DNA of 64,000 nucleotides from Candidatus Hydrogenedentota bacterium (GCA_034669905.1 JAXMOL010000005.1:1-64000); one strand, 5' to 3'; counted from the stretch's first letter, positions 48,959 to 58,606 are shown. The notes: generated by a model not told the origin, from the sequence alone. A program made the numbers and translations.

Positions 48959-51472
48959 CTACTGGGCACCCCGGTTCCGAATCGTCACTAAGGTCAATAG
49001 GGTCAGCCCGAACAGGAAGAGCTCTTCCAGGGACACGCCAAGGGATTTTGCGCTCAGCGAACACCCTGGCAGGGGTTCAGCGACCTGGGCTTCCAGTTCC
49101 GCTTGCGTGAGAAAGCCATCGCTGTCTTGGTCGAGGGCGTCAAACTGGGTCGCCGTAATCCCAGACAGGGTGGCCATGGCTTCCACCAACGAGAGCCGCC
49201 CATCGCTATCCACGTCCGCACTGGCGAAGCCACCCAGCAGGGTCTCGGCGGCGACTTCCAAGGTTACTTCACCTTCACCTTCACCTTCACCTTCACCTTC
49301 ACCTTCACCTTCACCTTCACCTTCACCTTCTCCTTCTCCTTCTCCTTCTCCTTCTCCTTCTCCTTCTCCTTCTCCTTCTCCTTCGCCTTCACCTTCACCT
49401 TCACCTTCACCTTCGCCTTCACCTTCACCTTCACCCTCGCCACCCGGCATAGAGGAGATGCTTACCCGGTACACATCGCCGTCGATGGTGGAGCCCGGTG
49501 TAAAATCGGCGACGCGCAGGTAAACTTCATTGGTCACAGCATTGTGTATGGCAGAATAGTAGACACCACTTGCCTCGACGGGCTGAAGGGCAATCAGGAA
49601 CTCAAACTCTTCGTCCAGAAAAAGCGTGTTCCGGCTGAGGTATCCGCCATCGTAGACGTGCGCCGCGCCACTGCCCGGGTTGACGAAATAGTACTGATCC
49701 GTTACTGCCGCGACTCCGCCCGCGAGGAAGGGCTCGTCCGCGGTATGGAGGGTGCCGGCCGTTTCCCAGGCCAGGGTACGATTCTCATTGAAGGCCTCGA
49801 GCACATCTTCGCTTCTAAATGACCGGAGTTCACCCGTGTTGGCATCCATAGACAAAATGCGTTGGGAACCCAGCCCGACCTCAGACACGAACAGGTTGGC
49901 CGAATAACTACCAGCCGGTTTCTGCACGACTTGGGCTTTTTCGTCCAAGGCATATTTCGCTGATTTACTGACCACCGGGCGGCCGAGGGACTTCGTGGCA
50001 TTCAGATCGAGCATATGAAGTTCACTGGCTTCGCCAAAGCTGCCCACGTCGAGCAATAGAATGGCTCCCCCCATATAGGCCCCGGTAAAGTGACTGATGT
50101 TGGCAATCAAGGTCTCTTCGGTGTAGTCCGCAAAATTGTCCGTATCAATTTCATAGAGATTCCCACCAAACCCGGCGCCAAGCATGGCGTGCTTGTTATC
50201 AGGGGACATGGCAATAAAGGCGGGATCACCAATATAGCCGGTGGCCACCATCTCAAAGCTTCCTTTTTGATCCTGAATTTCGCGGTAAATGCTCTCACCG
50301 TCCCATACCAGCAACTGTCCGCCGGGCAGCGCCGTGCCCACCACACCGAAGGCGTTTTCTGCCGCAGCCGGGAATCCCGTGATCGGGGTGTATTCCGCGG
50401 AGTAAATGAGCGTTTCTCCTTCGCCTTCGCCTTCTCCCTCACCTTCTCCCTCTGCGCCGGACTCCTGAACCACGCGGTACACGTCCCCATTGATAGCGGA
50501 GCCCGCCGCGAAGTCGCCCACGCGAATATTGGTCGTATCGGTCGTCTCGTTGTAGATGACGGTGTAGTAGAGTCCCGTACCGCTCGCCGGTTGCAAGGTT
50601 TCTACCAGGGGCAGGGAGTCGACCCCGTCCCGGCGATTGGTGGTCCGGAGCTTGGAGTTGCTGTAATCGAATACCTTCACGGCGTCCGAACCCGGGTTAA
50701 GAAATTGGAGATCGGCATTCACACCGGCGATTCCACCGGTCAGCAGGGACTCATCGGTCATCACTTCTGCCGCCGATTCCCACGCGAGGGGCGTCGACGT
50801 CTCGTAGGCATTCAGGAGGGCCTCCAGCTCGATGGCCCGGAGCTCGCCCGTGTTTCCGTCCATGGCAAAGAGGAATTCCGGCGAATCAAAAAGGAGCGAC
50901 AGCGTGGAAGAATAACTACCGGCGGGCTTTTCAAGCACCGTCACTTTCGCAGCGGGAGCCGGCTTCTTCAAAACGGTCACCGGAAGAGACTTCGTTTGCG
51001 CCAGGTCGAATATCACCAGTTCGCTGGGTTCACCGAAGACACCGGCGTCCAGGAGGACGAGGTCGTTATTCAGGTAGAGCCCATCAAAGTGGCTCATGGT
51101 GGCCACCAGGGCAGAGGCCTCATAGTCTGCCGGGGTGTGAATATCGAAGAGATAGAGATTGCCGCTGAATCCTGCGCCCAACAAGGCAAAGCGACCGCCG
51201 GGAGCAATGGCCATGAAGGCGGGATCGCCCACATAACCGGTAGCAATCGCGGTAAAACTATCTTCGTCTACACCCGACTGAAGGTAAAGGGTGTTGCCGT
51301 TCCAGACGAGCAGGCGCCCATCGGGCAGCCCTTCGCCCACCACGCCGAAGGCATTGGAGTCGGCCTGGGGAAAGTTCTCATACTTCAGGAACTCCGCGGC
51401 CGATAAGGTGGCGCAAAGGACCAGGAAAAGTCCGGTAACGATGCAACGCGTGCGCAGAAATGGGTACAGCAT
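48959..51472 (-). CDS. Paralogous surface protein with the same architecture; first gene behind the B12 riboswitch
   Basis: Same duplicated domain, (GE)n, EF loops DVDSDGRLSLVE and DQDSDGFLTQAE, and a PGC...EELFLFGLTLLTLV-RNR tail. GGAG RBS. Confidence 0.85.
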   Translation of the reverse strand: MLYPFLRTRCIVTGLFLVLCATLSAAEFLKYENFPQADSNAFGVVGEGLPDGRLLVWNGNTLYLQSGVDEDSFTAIATGYVGDPAFMAIAPGGRFALLGAGFSGNLYLFDIHTPADYEASALVATMSHFDGLYLNNDLVLLDAGVFGEPSELVIFDLAQTKSLPVTVLKKPAPAAKVTVLEKPAGSYSSTLSLLFDSPEFLFAMDGNTGELRAIELEALLNAYETSTPLAWESAAEVMTDESLLTGGIAGVNADLQFLNPGSDAVKVFDYSNSKLRTTNRRDGVDSLPLVETLQPASGTGLYYTVIYNETTDTTNIRVGDFAAGSAINGDVYRVVQESGAEGEGEGEGEGEGETLIYSAEYTPITGFPAAAENAFGVVGTALPGGQLLVWDGESIYREIQDQKGSFEMVATGYIGDPAFIAMSPDNKHAMLGAGFGGNLYEIDTDNFADYTEETLIANISHFTGAYMGGAILLLDVGSFGEASELHMLDLNATKSLGRPVVSKSAKYALDEKAQVVQKPAGSYSANLFVSEVGLGSQRILSMDANTGELRSFRSEDVLEAFNENRTLAWETAGTLHTADEPFLAGGVAAVTDQYYFVNPGSGAAHVYDGGYLSRNTLFLDEEFEFLIALQPVEASGVYYSAIHNAVTNEVYLRVADFTPGSTIDGDVYRVSISSMPGGEGEGEGEGEGEGEGEGEGEGEGEGEGEGEGEGEGEGEGEGEGEGEGEGEGEGEGEGEVTLEVAAETLLGGFASADVDSDGRLSLVEAMATLSGITATQFDALDQDSDGFLTQAELEAQVAEPLPGCSLSAKSLGVSLEELFLFGLTLLTLVTIRNRGAQ
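49268..49441. repeat. Hexanucleotide coding repeat (Gly-Glu)29
   Basis: 174 bp of TTCACC, TTCTCC and TTCGCC units in homogeneous blocks. Confidence 0.95.
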
Positions 51473-51676
51473 AATTCTCAACTCCGTTCGTACTATCTTC
51501 GAACATCGTCCAGCCCGATAGCTCTCGAGCCTTGGATTCCCCGGGGATAACACCGATCGATTGGGTACATCACACCTGTACCCGTGGTGTGGGAGTGTAA
51601 AAAGGAGCAGGTTGCTCTAGGGTGCCGCCTGTCCCGCAACGATTTTCCCGCGAATCATTGCAAAACATGCCTTGCA

Positions 51677-51840
51677 GGACAGATATTCTGGCTTCCGGAT
51701 CGGCCTACTGACCGCGCCTTCCCTTCCCTGGGGGAAAGTGGCTCTTGCGGTGTTCGTCCCCGGTTACAGCAGCGCGACTGCGACGGATTTGCACCGTCTT
51801 CCCTGTATCTGCGAGGTAAAACCAGCCCAAGCTGGTGTGT
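51677..51840 (-). ncRNA. Cobalamin (B12) riboswitch
   Basis: Minus strand reads AGGGAAGACGGTGCAAATCCGTCGCAGTCGCGCTGCTGTAA...GCCACT...GGGAAGG...GGAAGCCAGAATATCTGTC: the canonical core elements and B12 box, in order. Confidence 0.92.
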
Positions 51841-51847
51841 TCCGAGA

Positions 51848-51877
51848 AGTATACCTAGGCCCTTTCCGGTGAATCAA
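51848..51877 (-). promoter_or_regulatory. Sigma-70-type promoter of the riboswitch leader
   Basis: Minus strand TTGATT-N18-TATACT immediately 5' of the aptamer. Confidence 0.55.
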
Positions 51878-51974
51878 CCGACGATCGGGCAGGAAACCCG
51901 GGGATTACACGACCGGTCTAATAGACTTCATCGACCGATCCGAAGGCCATTTACCCAAGAAGGAACCCCTACCC

Positions 51975-52931
51975 ATGCGAACTCTTGCCATCGCCGCCCT
52001 GCTGGCGGCGGGACTTTCCCCCAACGCTGCGCTGGCCGAGCCGACCTTTGGCGAGCGCCTGGGGTGGAAGGCCGACGACCGAATTCTCATCCTCCACAAC
52101 GATGACGTCGGCATGTCGCACGAAAGCAATCTCGGCACGATCGAAGGCTTCGAAGGCGGCCTCATGAACTCGAGTAGTACGATGATGCCCTGCTCCTGGG
52201 TCTTGGAATGGCGCGACTACCTGTTGGAACACCCCGAGATCGACAACGGACTTCACCTGACCCTTACGTCGGAGTGGAAACACTACCGATGGCGCCCGGT
52301 GGCGGGCGCGTCGGTCGTCCCCGGTCTGGTAGATGAAGAAGGCTACATGCACCGCCGCGTGATGCAGACCATCACGAACGCCACGGCGGACGAAGTGGAG
52401 ACCGAGATTCGCGCCCAGATCGCCCTTGCGGAAAAGATGGGCCTGCCCATCACCCACCTGGATTCCCACATGGGCACGTTGTTTTATTCCAAGCCCTTCT
52501 TCGAACGCTACATCAAGGTGGGCATCGAAAAGCAGATTCCCATCATGCTGCCCAGCGGACGGGGCGAGGCCAAGACCGACGCCGAAAAAATGTTGCAGCC
52601 CCAGATCCGGGCGGCCGCCAAAGCGGTGTGGGATGGCGGTCTTCCGGTACTCGACTATCTTTTTACTTCCACCGCCGACACAGGTGATGCAAAAGAGATG
52701 ACCGAGGCACTGAAACAGCGAATTCGCGAGTTGGAACCGGGCATCACCCAGATTATCCTTCACGGAACGCGCCCCGGCTGTAACTTTCATGCCATCTCTG
52801 GCTCGGGGAAAAAGCGGAATGCCGAACTGGAAATGGTACTGAGCGAGGAAGTGAAGCAGCTTATTAAAGACGAAGGCATCATCATGACCACCTACCGCGA
52901 GCTCATGGAACGGCGTCAAGCGGTTAAGTAG
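51975..52931 (+). CDS. Exported ChbG/YdjC-family carbohydrate deacetylase
   Basis: Signal peptide ending ALA, HNDDVG, GLHLTL and THLDSHM. Confidence 0.88.
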   Translation: MRTLAIAALLAAGLSPNAALAEPTFGERLGWKADDRILILHNDDVGMSHESNLGTIEGFEGGLMNSSSTMMPCSWVLEWRDYLLEHPEIDNGLHLTLTSEWKHYRWRPVAGASVVPGLVDEEGYMHRRVMQTITNATADEVETEIRAQIALAEKMGLPITHLDSHMGTLFYSKPFFERYIKVGIEKQIPIMLPSGRGEAKTDAEKMLQPQIRAAAKAVWDGGLPVLDYLFTSTADTGDAKEMTEALKQRIRELEPGITQIILHGTRPGCNFHAISGSGKKRNAELEMVLSEEVKQLIKDEGIIMTTYRELMERRQAVK

Positions 52932-52958
52932 GCCCCACACCAACATCACAGCATCAGG

Positions 52959-53001
52959 AACGCCCCATAAGCCTGACACGGCCTATGGGGCGTTTGTTTT
53001 T
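52959..53001 (+). terminator. Intrinsic terminator
   Basis: AACGCCCCATA/TATGGGGCGTT stem followed by TGTTTTT. Confidence 0.8.
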
Positions 53002-53018
53002 CTGATGATATAGGTGAT

Positions 53019-55886
53019 CTATTGCGCCCCGTCTGCGGAGGCCTCGGTAATCAAGACCGGCGTGCCGATGGGCAGCTCCTCGAAAACTTTGATGACGTCA
53101 TCATTAAGCAGACGAACGCACCCGTGAGAAGACGGCGTGCCAATTTTCTCTTCACCGTTGGTGCCGTGGATATAGATGCACCGTTGCTTCGAGTCCACCA
53201 GGGTCCCATCGGGACGGGTGCCTTTGTTCACTCCCGGCTCCATACCATCCAGCCAGAGGACCCGGGTGAGCACCAGATCCTCCACCACGTCATCGCCGGG
53301 CTTCCAGATCTCCTTCGTCGCGCGACGGGCTCGAAACACCTGGCCCCAGGGGGCATCGGCACCAAACTTCTCATCCACTTTGTGCCAACCCAAGGGGGTC
53401 TGAAGGCTGCCAGAGACGGAACCCGTGCCCGCGCTCGCCGTGGCGCAGGGAAGGGTCTTACGGATCTTTCCACCTTCGATCACGTGAAAGGTTTGTTTAT
53501 CCACATCAATCCAGACTCCGAGCGCCTGGCCCACCTTCTCCGCCCAACCGTATCGATTGAGTGCGCTTAACGCTTCGTCCCCCATGTCGGGTCCTCCTTG
53601 ATTACTCTCTGGGCCAATTGACGCGGCGTTGCTGGTGGCTTTTACCCCATCGGCCACCTCGATAATTACCGTCACCCCCTCGGGCACCTCCAGGTGATAT
53701 CCTGACGCGGGATCAAAGCGGGCCGTCATGCTGCCCTGCGGGTGGGGCACGGTGAGCGTCATGGCGGGCAACCCGTCAATCTGCGGCGGGGCGAAGCGAA
53801 CGGATGTCCAACCCGGCGCGGCCGGTGACAGGCCCAGGACGTGCTCTGCGAGGATATAAATGGGGCTGCTGCTCCAGGGGTGGCACCAACTGGTATTCCA
53901 CTTCTGATCTGGCCCCCAGACTTCCATGCAGGTCGTGGCGCCGGCGCGCAGCATTTCTTTCCAGCCATACTCCGTGTCGTTCGTCAACAGGGCAAAACCC
54001 AGTTCGGGATTGCCCGCGCGAAAGCAGGCTTCGATTACATAGGACGCGATGTACACGCCGCATTGCAGGCCCTTCTCTTCGATGAGGGCGAGCATTTTCT
54101 GGGGGTCTGCCCCTGCCGTCAGGCCAAAGGCCAGGGGGATGGCGTTGGCATGGAGTGAACTGTGAGTCGAGCCCGGCGCATCCACATAGAGTCCCGTCTT
54201 CGGATCCGCCAGTTGCGCGGCGAACGCGGCAGACACCTGTTCGGCTTTCGCCGTATAGGCCGCACCATCCCGGCCTAGCACCTCTTCCAAACGGGCGGCG
54301 GCGCGCAGGGCTCCGTAATAAAAGCCGTTCAGGACCGTATTGGCCTTATCTTTTGAGAAGTCATAGTCGTAGCCATCACGGAGATTCTCCGGCCAATCGA
54401 CCAAGAGCCACTTTTCCGGTTTATCGAGCCCCTCTACCAGACCGGCTTCATTGGCAAAACTTCCATAGTAGGTGAAGAGTCCGGGAAACACATGATCGAC
54501 CATGGCTTCCAGGAAATCCCGATCTCCGGTACGCTCATAATACGCCTCCAGCAAAAACGGGTATTGCAGGGGGTATTCGGCAATTTCCTGCATGAAATGG
54601 CCCGGGGCCACCGCCATCATACCGGGATGTATCTGGCAGGAAAGGTAAAAATCATAGAGTGCTTTTCGGGTAAGGGTAGCGTCGTTGGTAAGCCACAGGT
54701 GGGAGCGCCCCGTAATGACCGCGTCACCGAGATACTGCCCTTTCTCGCGGGTCGGGCAATCCAGGAAGCCCCCTTGAGAGCCCATCTGAACTCCCCGCTT
54801 GCAGATCTCAAAAATCTGGGCGAGCTGCGCGTCATCCGAGGTAAAGCGGCTCGCGGCATCGTCAAAGGGATGGTGTCTGACGTCCACCCAGACTTCGGGT
54901 TCTACGGGCGCGTCCAGAATTTCCAAATAGCGGAAGGCACGATAGTCATAAAAAGGGATGATATCCTCGTTGCCCGAAAGGACCGGCTTCTCTTCGTAGG
55001 TCATGCTGGCGCGAATCTTATAGCGGACTCGACCATCCGACTCCAGTTCCTCCCCGTGGCGCACCGTAATGGTGTCCCCCGCCTTCCCCTTAATGCGAAT
55101 GCGCGTATGACCTGCAATCTCGGTTCCGAAATCATAGAACCAGACACCGTTTCCCAACTGCTTTTTCGTGACAGGCTCTTTTCGGTACCGCGCGAGGGGG
55201 GGCGTAGCCTGCTGCACAAAGACGTGGTCCTGACGCCCCGTATCGGGCTTCCGCCAGGCGCCGTCATCGAAGCCCACCATGTCCCACCCGACGGGAAGCA
55301 GCCGCATGTCAATGTTTTCGAGAAACTGGGTCTGGTACCCAATCGTTTCTTCCCCTGGAAATGCCTCGAGGGGGAAAACGCGCCACTGCTCGTTTGAGCG
55401 AAATGTCTCGGACGTGCCATCGGCATAGGTCACCTCCAGGCGAAGTATCATCCCGGAGCGATTGTCCCCGCTTCCCCAAACGCGGTTGCGAAGCCCCTGG
55501 TAAAAGACGTGCGCCGCGAGGCAGTTGGGCCCTTTCTCCAGGTAGTCCGCAATGTCCAGCCAGTAATAGGGATAGGAAAAGTAGTATCCCCCTTCCGGTC
55601 CCTGGACGACGGGAAACCCGTTAATCCGCAGCTTATAGTAGTCGTCGCCTGTAATGTAGAGGTGTGCAGCCGTTGGCGCATCCTTCAGCACGATCTCGGA
55701 GCGCATCAGGGTGTGGATGTTCTTCGGACCTTCCACTTCCGGCGGCTTGACCTGCTCCCGAAGCAAGAAATCAACCGTGGGAAGTCCGGCCATTCGCGGG
55801 TCACGAAGCCACGTGGCATCGCCAAAGACATCGGCCCAGAGGGGGGCCGCAATCAACAAAACAACTATCAGCACGTAACGGACCAT
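53019..55886 (-). CDS. GH78 alpha-L-rhamnosidase-family protein fused to a C-terminal YkuD L,D-transpeptidase domain
   Basis: AGGAG RBS, signal peptide, YDFGTE, DCPTREKGQYLGD, GATTCMEVW and SWCHPWSS, then IYIHGT...SHGCVRL. Confidence 0.9.
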   Translation of the reverse strand: MVRYVLIVVLLIAAPLWADVFGDATWLRDPRMAGLPTVDFLLREQVKPPEVEGPKNIHTLMRSEIVLKDAPTAAHLYITGDDYYKLRINGFPVVQGPEGGYYFSYPYYWLDIADYLEKGPNCLAAHVFYQGLRNRVWGSGDNRSGMILRLEVTYADGTSETFRSNEQWRVFPLEAFPGEETIGYQTQFLENIDMRLLPVGWDMVGFDDGAWRKPDTGRQDHVFVQQATPPLARYRKEPVTKKQLGNGVWFYDFGTEIAGHTRIRIKGKAGDTITVRHGEELESDGRVRYKIRASMTYEEKPVLSGNEDIIPFYDYRAFRYLEILDAPVEPEVWVDVRHHPFDDAASRFTSDDAQLAQIFEICKRGVQMGSQGGFLDCPTREKGQYLGDAVITGRSHLWLTNDATLTRKALYDFYLSCQIHPGMMAVAPGHFMQEIAEYPLQYPFLLEAYYERTGDRDFLEAMVDHVFPGLFTYYGSFANEAGLVEGLDKPEKWLLVDWPENLRDGYDYDFSKDKANTVLNGFYYGALRAAARLEEVLGRDGAAYTAKAEQVSAAFAAQLADPKTGLYVDAPGSTHSSLHANAIPLAFGLTAGADPQKMLALIEEKGLQCGVYIASYVIEACFRAGNPELGFALLTNDTEYGWKEMLRAGATTCMEVWGPDQKWNTSWCHPWSSSPIYILAEHVLGLSPAAPGWTSVRFAPPQIDGLPAMTLTVPHPQGSMTARFDPASGYHLEVPEGVTVIIEVADGVKATSNAASIGPESNQGGPDMGDEALSALNRYGWAEKVGQALGVWIDVDKQTFHVIEGGKIRKTLPCATASAGTGSVSGSLQTPLGWHKVDEKFGADAPWGQVFRARRATKEIWKPGDDVVEDLVLTRVLWLDGMEPGVNKGTRPDGTLVDSKQRCIYIHGTNGEEKIGTPSSHGCVRLLNDDVIKVFEELPIGTPVLITEASADGAQ

Positions 55887-56050
55887 GGTAATGTAAGCTC
55901 CTGAAAAGATTGAGTTGTAGTGTAGCAATCCCAGACGGGCCTTTCCCACCTGCTGCGCGCGCTACCCGCCCGTTACGGCGGACCCGCTACCCTGCCCGTG
56001 CGCCGGGAGAAAAACCTGAGCCGCCAGTGCACCTCGGGCATTCCGCAAAT

Positions 56051-56092
56051 AAAAACAAAGAAACGGCATCCCGTTGTAGAGACACCGTTTCT
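56051..56092 (-). terminator. Intrinsic terminator between the two GH78 genes
   Basis: Minus strand AGAAACGGTGTCTC-TACAAC-GGGATGCCGTTTCT (14 bp with G-U pairs) followed by TTGTTTTT. Confidence 0.75.
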
Positions 56093-56147
56093 GAGTTTTT
56101 TCGTATCGAGTCAGACGGACCGCTACCTTGTGGTGCGAACAGCGACG

Positions 56148-58424
56148 TTAACGTATCGGCTCGCCATTGCTACGTACCGACAGGCCGTCCACGGCGACAA
56201 TCGCGACGGGCACTCCTTCGGGCACGGTCAGTTGATAGCCAGTGGCCGGGTCGTAGTTTACGGTCATACGGCCAAGGGGGTGGGGCACGGTCAACGTCAT
56301 CGCGGGCAAGCCTGCGATCTTCGCAGGTGCAAAGCGAACGGCTTCCCAACCCGGCGCTGCCGGCGTCAGACCCAGGACATGCTCCGCAATGAGATAGATG
56401 GGACTCGTGGCCCAGGGATGGCACCAACTCATGTTGCTCTTCTGGTCAGGACTCCACACTTCCAGGCACGTCGTGGCGCCCGCGCGAAGCATCTCGTTCC
56501 AGCTGTTCTTGTCATCATTGGTAAGCAGTGCGTAGCCCAGGTCCGGGGCGCCAGCACGGAAGCAGGCTTCAATCACATAGGACGCGATGTACACCCCACA
56601 ACTCAAGCCTTTGCCCTTAATGAACGCAAGCATCCGGGCCGGATCGGCGCCCTTCGTCAGGCCGAAAGCCAGGGGAACGGCGTTGGCATGCAGAGAGCTG
56701 TGGGTCGAACCCGGTCTATCCACATACAGGCCCGTTGCCGGATCGACGAGCAACGTTGCAAAGGCCTCGGCAACGCGGTCGGCCCGGGCCGTATAGGCAC
56801 CGCTGTCCCTCCCCAGGAGGGCCTCCAGACGGGCGGCACACTGAAGTGCGCCATAGTAGAAACCGTTCAGCAAGGTATTGGGGGCGTCATTGCTGGGGTA
56901 GTCATAGCCATCACGCATATTACCCGGCCAATCGATCACCAGCCATTTCTCGGGTTTGTTCAAGCCCACCAGAAGTCCCGTTTCATTCTCATAACGGGCG
57001 TAGTAGGCAAAGAGTCCCGGAAACACATTGTCCACCATGGCTTCCAGGAAGGCACGGTCACCCGAGTGGTTGTAATAATACTCCAGCATCAAGGGATATT
57101 GGAGCGGAAACTCGGCGATTTCCTGCATAAAGTGACCTGGCGCGACCCCCATCATGCCCGGGTGAATCTTACAGGACTGATAAAACTCATAGAGTGCTTT
57201 TTTCGTCAAACTGGGGTCACCGGTGAGCCAGAGGTGAGACCGTGCCGCAATCACCGTGTCGCCCAGATACTGTCCCTTCTCCCGGGTCGGGCAGTCGACA
57301 AATCCTCCCTGAGAGCCCATCTGGATCGTATTCTTGCAGAGTGTGAAGATCTGTTCCAGGGACGTGTCGCTGGCGGTGAAGGTGCTCTCGGACGGATCAA
57401 AAGGATGATGGCGAACCTCCACCCACAGCACGGGCTCTACCGGACTATCCAGGATTTCCATATAACGAAAAGCCCGATAGTCATAGAAGGGAATCACATC
57501 CACCTTCCCCGAAAGAACCGGCTTCTCTTCGTAGGTCATGTTTGCCCGCAACTTGTAGCGGACCCGACCATCGTCGTTGAGCTCCTCGCCATGGCGCACG
57601 GTGATTACCTGGCCGGCCTCACCCTGCACCTGAACCCGGGTATGGCCAACGATTTCCGTACCGAAATCGTAAAACCAGGTGCCATCCTCCAGCCGTTTCG
57701 CGACCTTGGGCTGGACGGCATAGCGCTGCAACGGAGGGGTGACTTGTTCGATAAAGACATGATCCTGTCGCCCTACTGCCGGGGACACCCACGTACGCTC
57801 GTCAAATCCCACCTGCTCCCACCCCACTGGCATATGGCGCATGTCGATGTGCTCGAGGAACTGGGTGCTGTAGCCAATCGTATCTTCCCCGGGGAAGGCT
57901 TCCAGCGGCAAGACACGCCAGTTGTCATCGGTCTCGAAAATTTCGGTGGTCCCGTCCGCATAGGTCACCTCCAGCCGCAGGATGAAGCCTGACCGATTGT
58001 CGGCGCTACCCCATACCCGGTTACGCAGGCCCTGATAATAGACGTGGCTGGCGAGGCAGTTCGTGCCGCCCTGGAGTGCCTTCGAAATCTCCAGCGCGTA
58101 GTAGGGGTAAGAAAAGTCATAGCCCCCTTCCGGTCCCTGAACAAGCGGGGTACCGTTCACACTGAGTTTATAGTAGTCATCACCCGTAACATAAAGTTGG
58201 GCAGAGGTTGGTTTTTCCCGGAGCGTGATTTCATCCCGCATCAGGGTGTGGATATTCTTGGGCCCCGATGCGGCGGGCGCCGGTTCTTTCGCACGAATCA
58301 GATAATTGATAGTGGGCAGGTCCGCCATTCGCGGGTCCGACAGCCATTGGGCATCACCAAACACATCGGCACGAACGGAAAAAGTGACCAGGGTGGCCAC
58401 AAGCAGGATACTACGAATAATCAT
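56148..58424 (-). CDS. Exported GH78 alpha-L-rhamnosidase-family protein (paralog without YkuD)
   Basis: Signal peptide, DCPTREKGQYLGD, GATTCLEVW and SWCHPWA. Colinear with its neighbour. Confidence 0.9.
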   Translation of the reverse strand: MIIRSILLVATLVTFSVRADVFGDAQWLSDPRMADLPTINYLIRAKEPAPAASGPKNIHTLMRDEITLREKPTSAQLYVTGDDYYKLSVNGTPLVQGPEGGYDFSYPYYALEISKALQGGTNCLASHVYYQGLRNRVWGSADNRSGFILRLEVTYADGTTEIFETDDNWRVLPLEAFPGEDTIGYSTQFLEHIDMRHMPVGWEQVGFDERTWVSPAVGRQDHVFIEQVTPPLQRYAVQPKVAKRLEDGTWFYDFGTEIVGHTRVQVQGEAGQVITVRHGEELNDDGRVRYKLRANMTYEEKPVLSGKVDVIPFYDYRAFRYMEILDSPVEPVLWVEVRHHPFDPSESTFTASDTSLEQIFTLCKNTIQMGSQGGFVDCPTREKGQYLGDTVIAARSHLWLTGDPSLTKKALYEFYQSCKIHPGMMGVAPGHFMQEIAEFPLQYPLMLEYYYNHSGDRAFLEAMVDNVFPGLFAYYARYENETGLLVGLNKPEKWLVIDWPGNMRDGYDYPSNDAPNTLLNGFYYGALQCAARLEALLGRDSGAYTARADRVAEAFATLLVDPATGLYVDRPGSTHSSLHANAVPLAFGLTKGADPARMLAFIKGKGLSCGVYIASYVIEACFRAGAPDLGYALLTNDDKNSWNEMLRAGATTCLEVWSPDQKSNMSWCHPWATSPIYLIAEHVLGLTPAAPGWEAVRFAPAKIAGLPAMTLTVPHPLGRMTVNYDPATGYQLTVPEGVPVAIVAVDGLSVRSNGEPIR

Positions 58425-58606
58425 CGATCATCATTCCTGTAATACTTGTGCTAAATCCAATCGATAGGTCTGCACCGATGACCCCATCAGCCTTTTGCGC
58501 AGACCCGGAATCCTCCCTTGCCCGAAAACGGTTCTGGCAAGTCAACCCGATACAACCTCCTTTGGCACTCCCCGCCGTCCGCGAATTACCGCGTACACCC
58601 GGGTAT

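Noticed and set aside
46463..49523. Poly-SP, poly-FT and poly-KE ORFs
   Set aside because: Alternative frames of the (GE)n hexamer tracts.
51597..51618. Terminator in the riboswitch expression platform
   Set aside because: Only a 5-bp stem (GAGCA/TGCTC) before the T-run; the switching mechanism cannot be assigned by eye.
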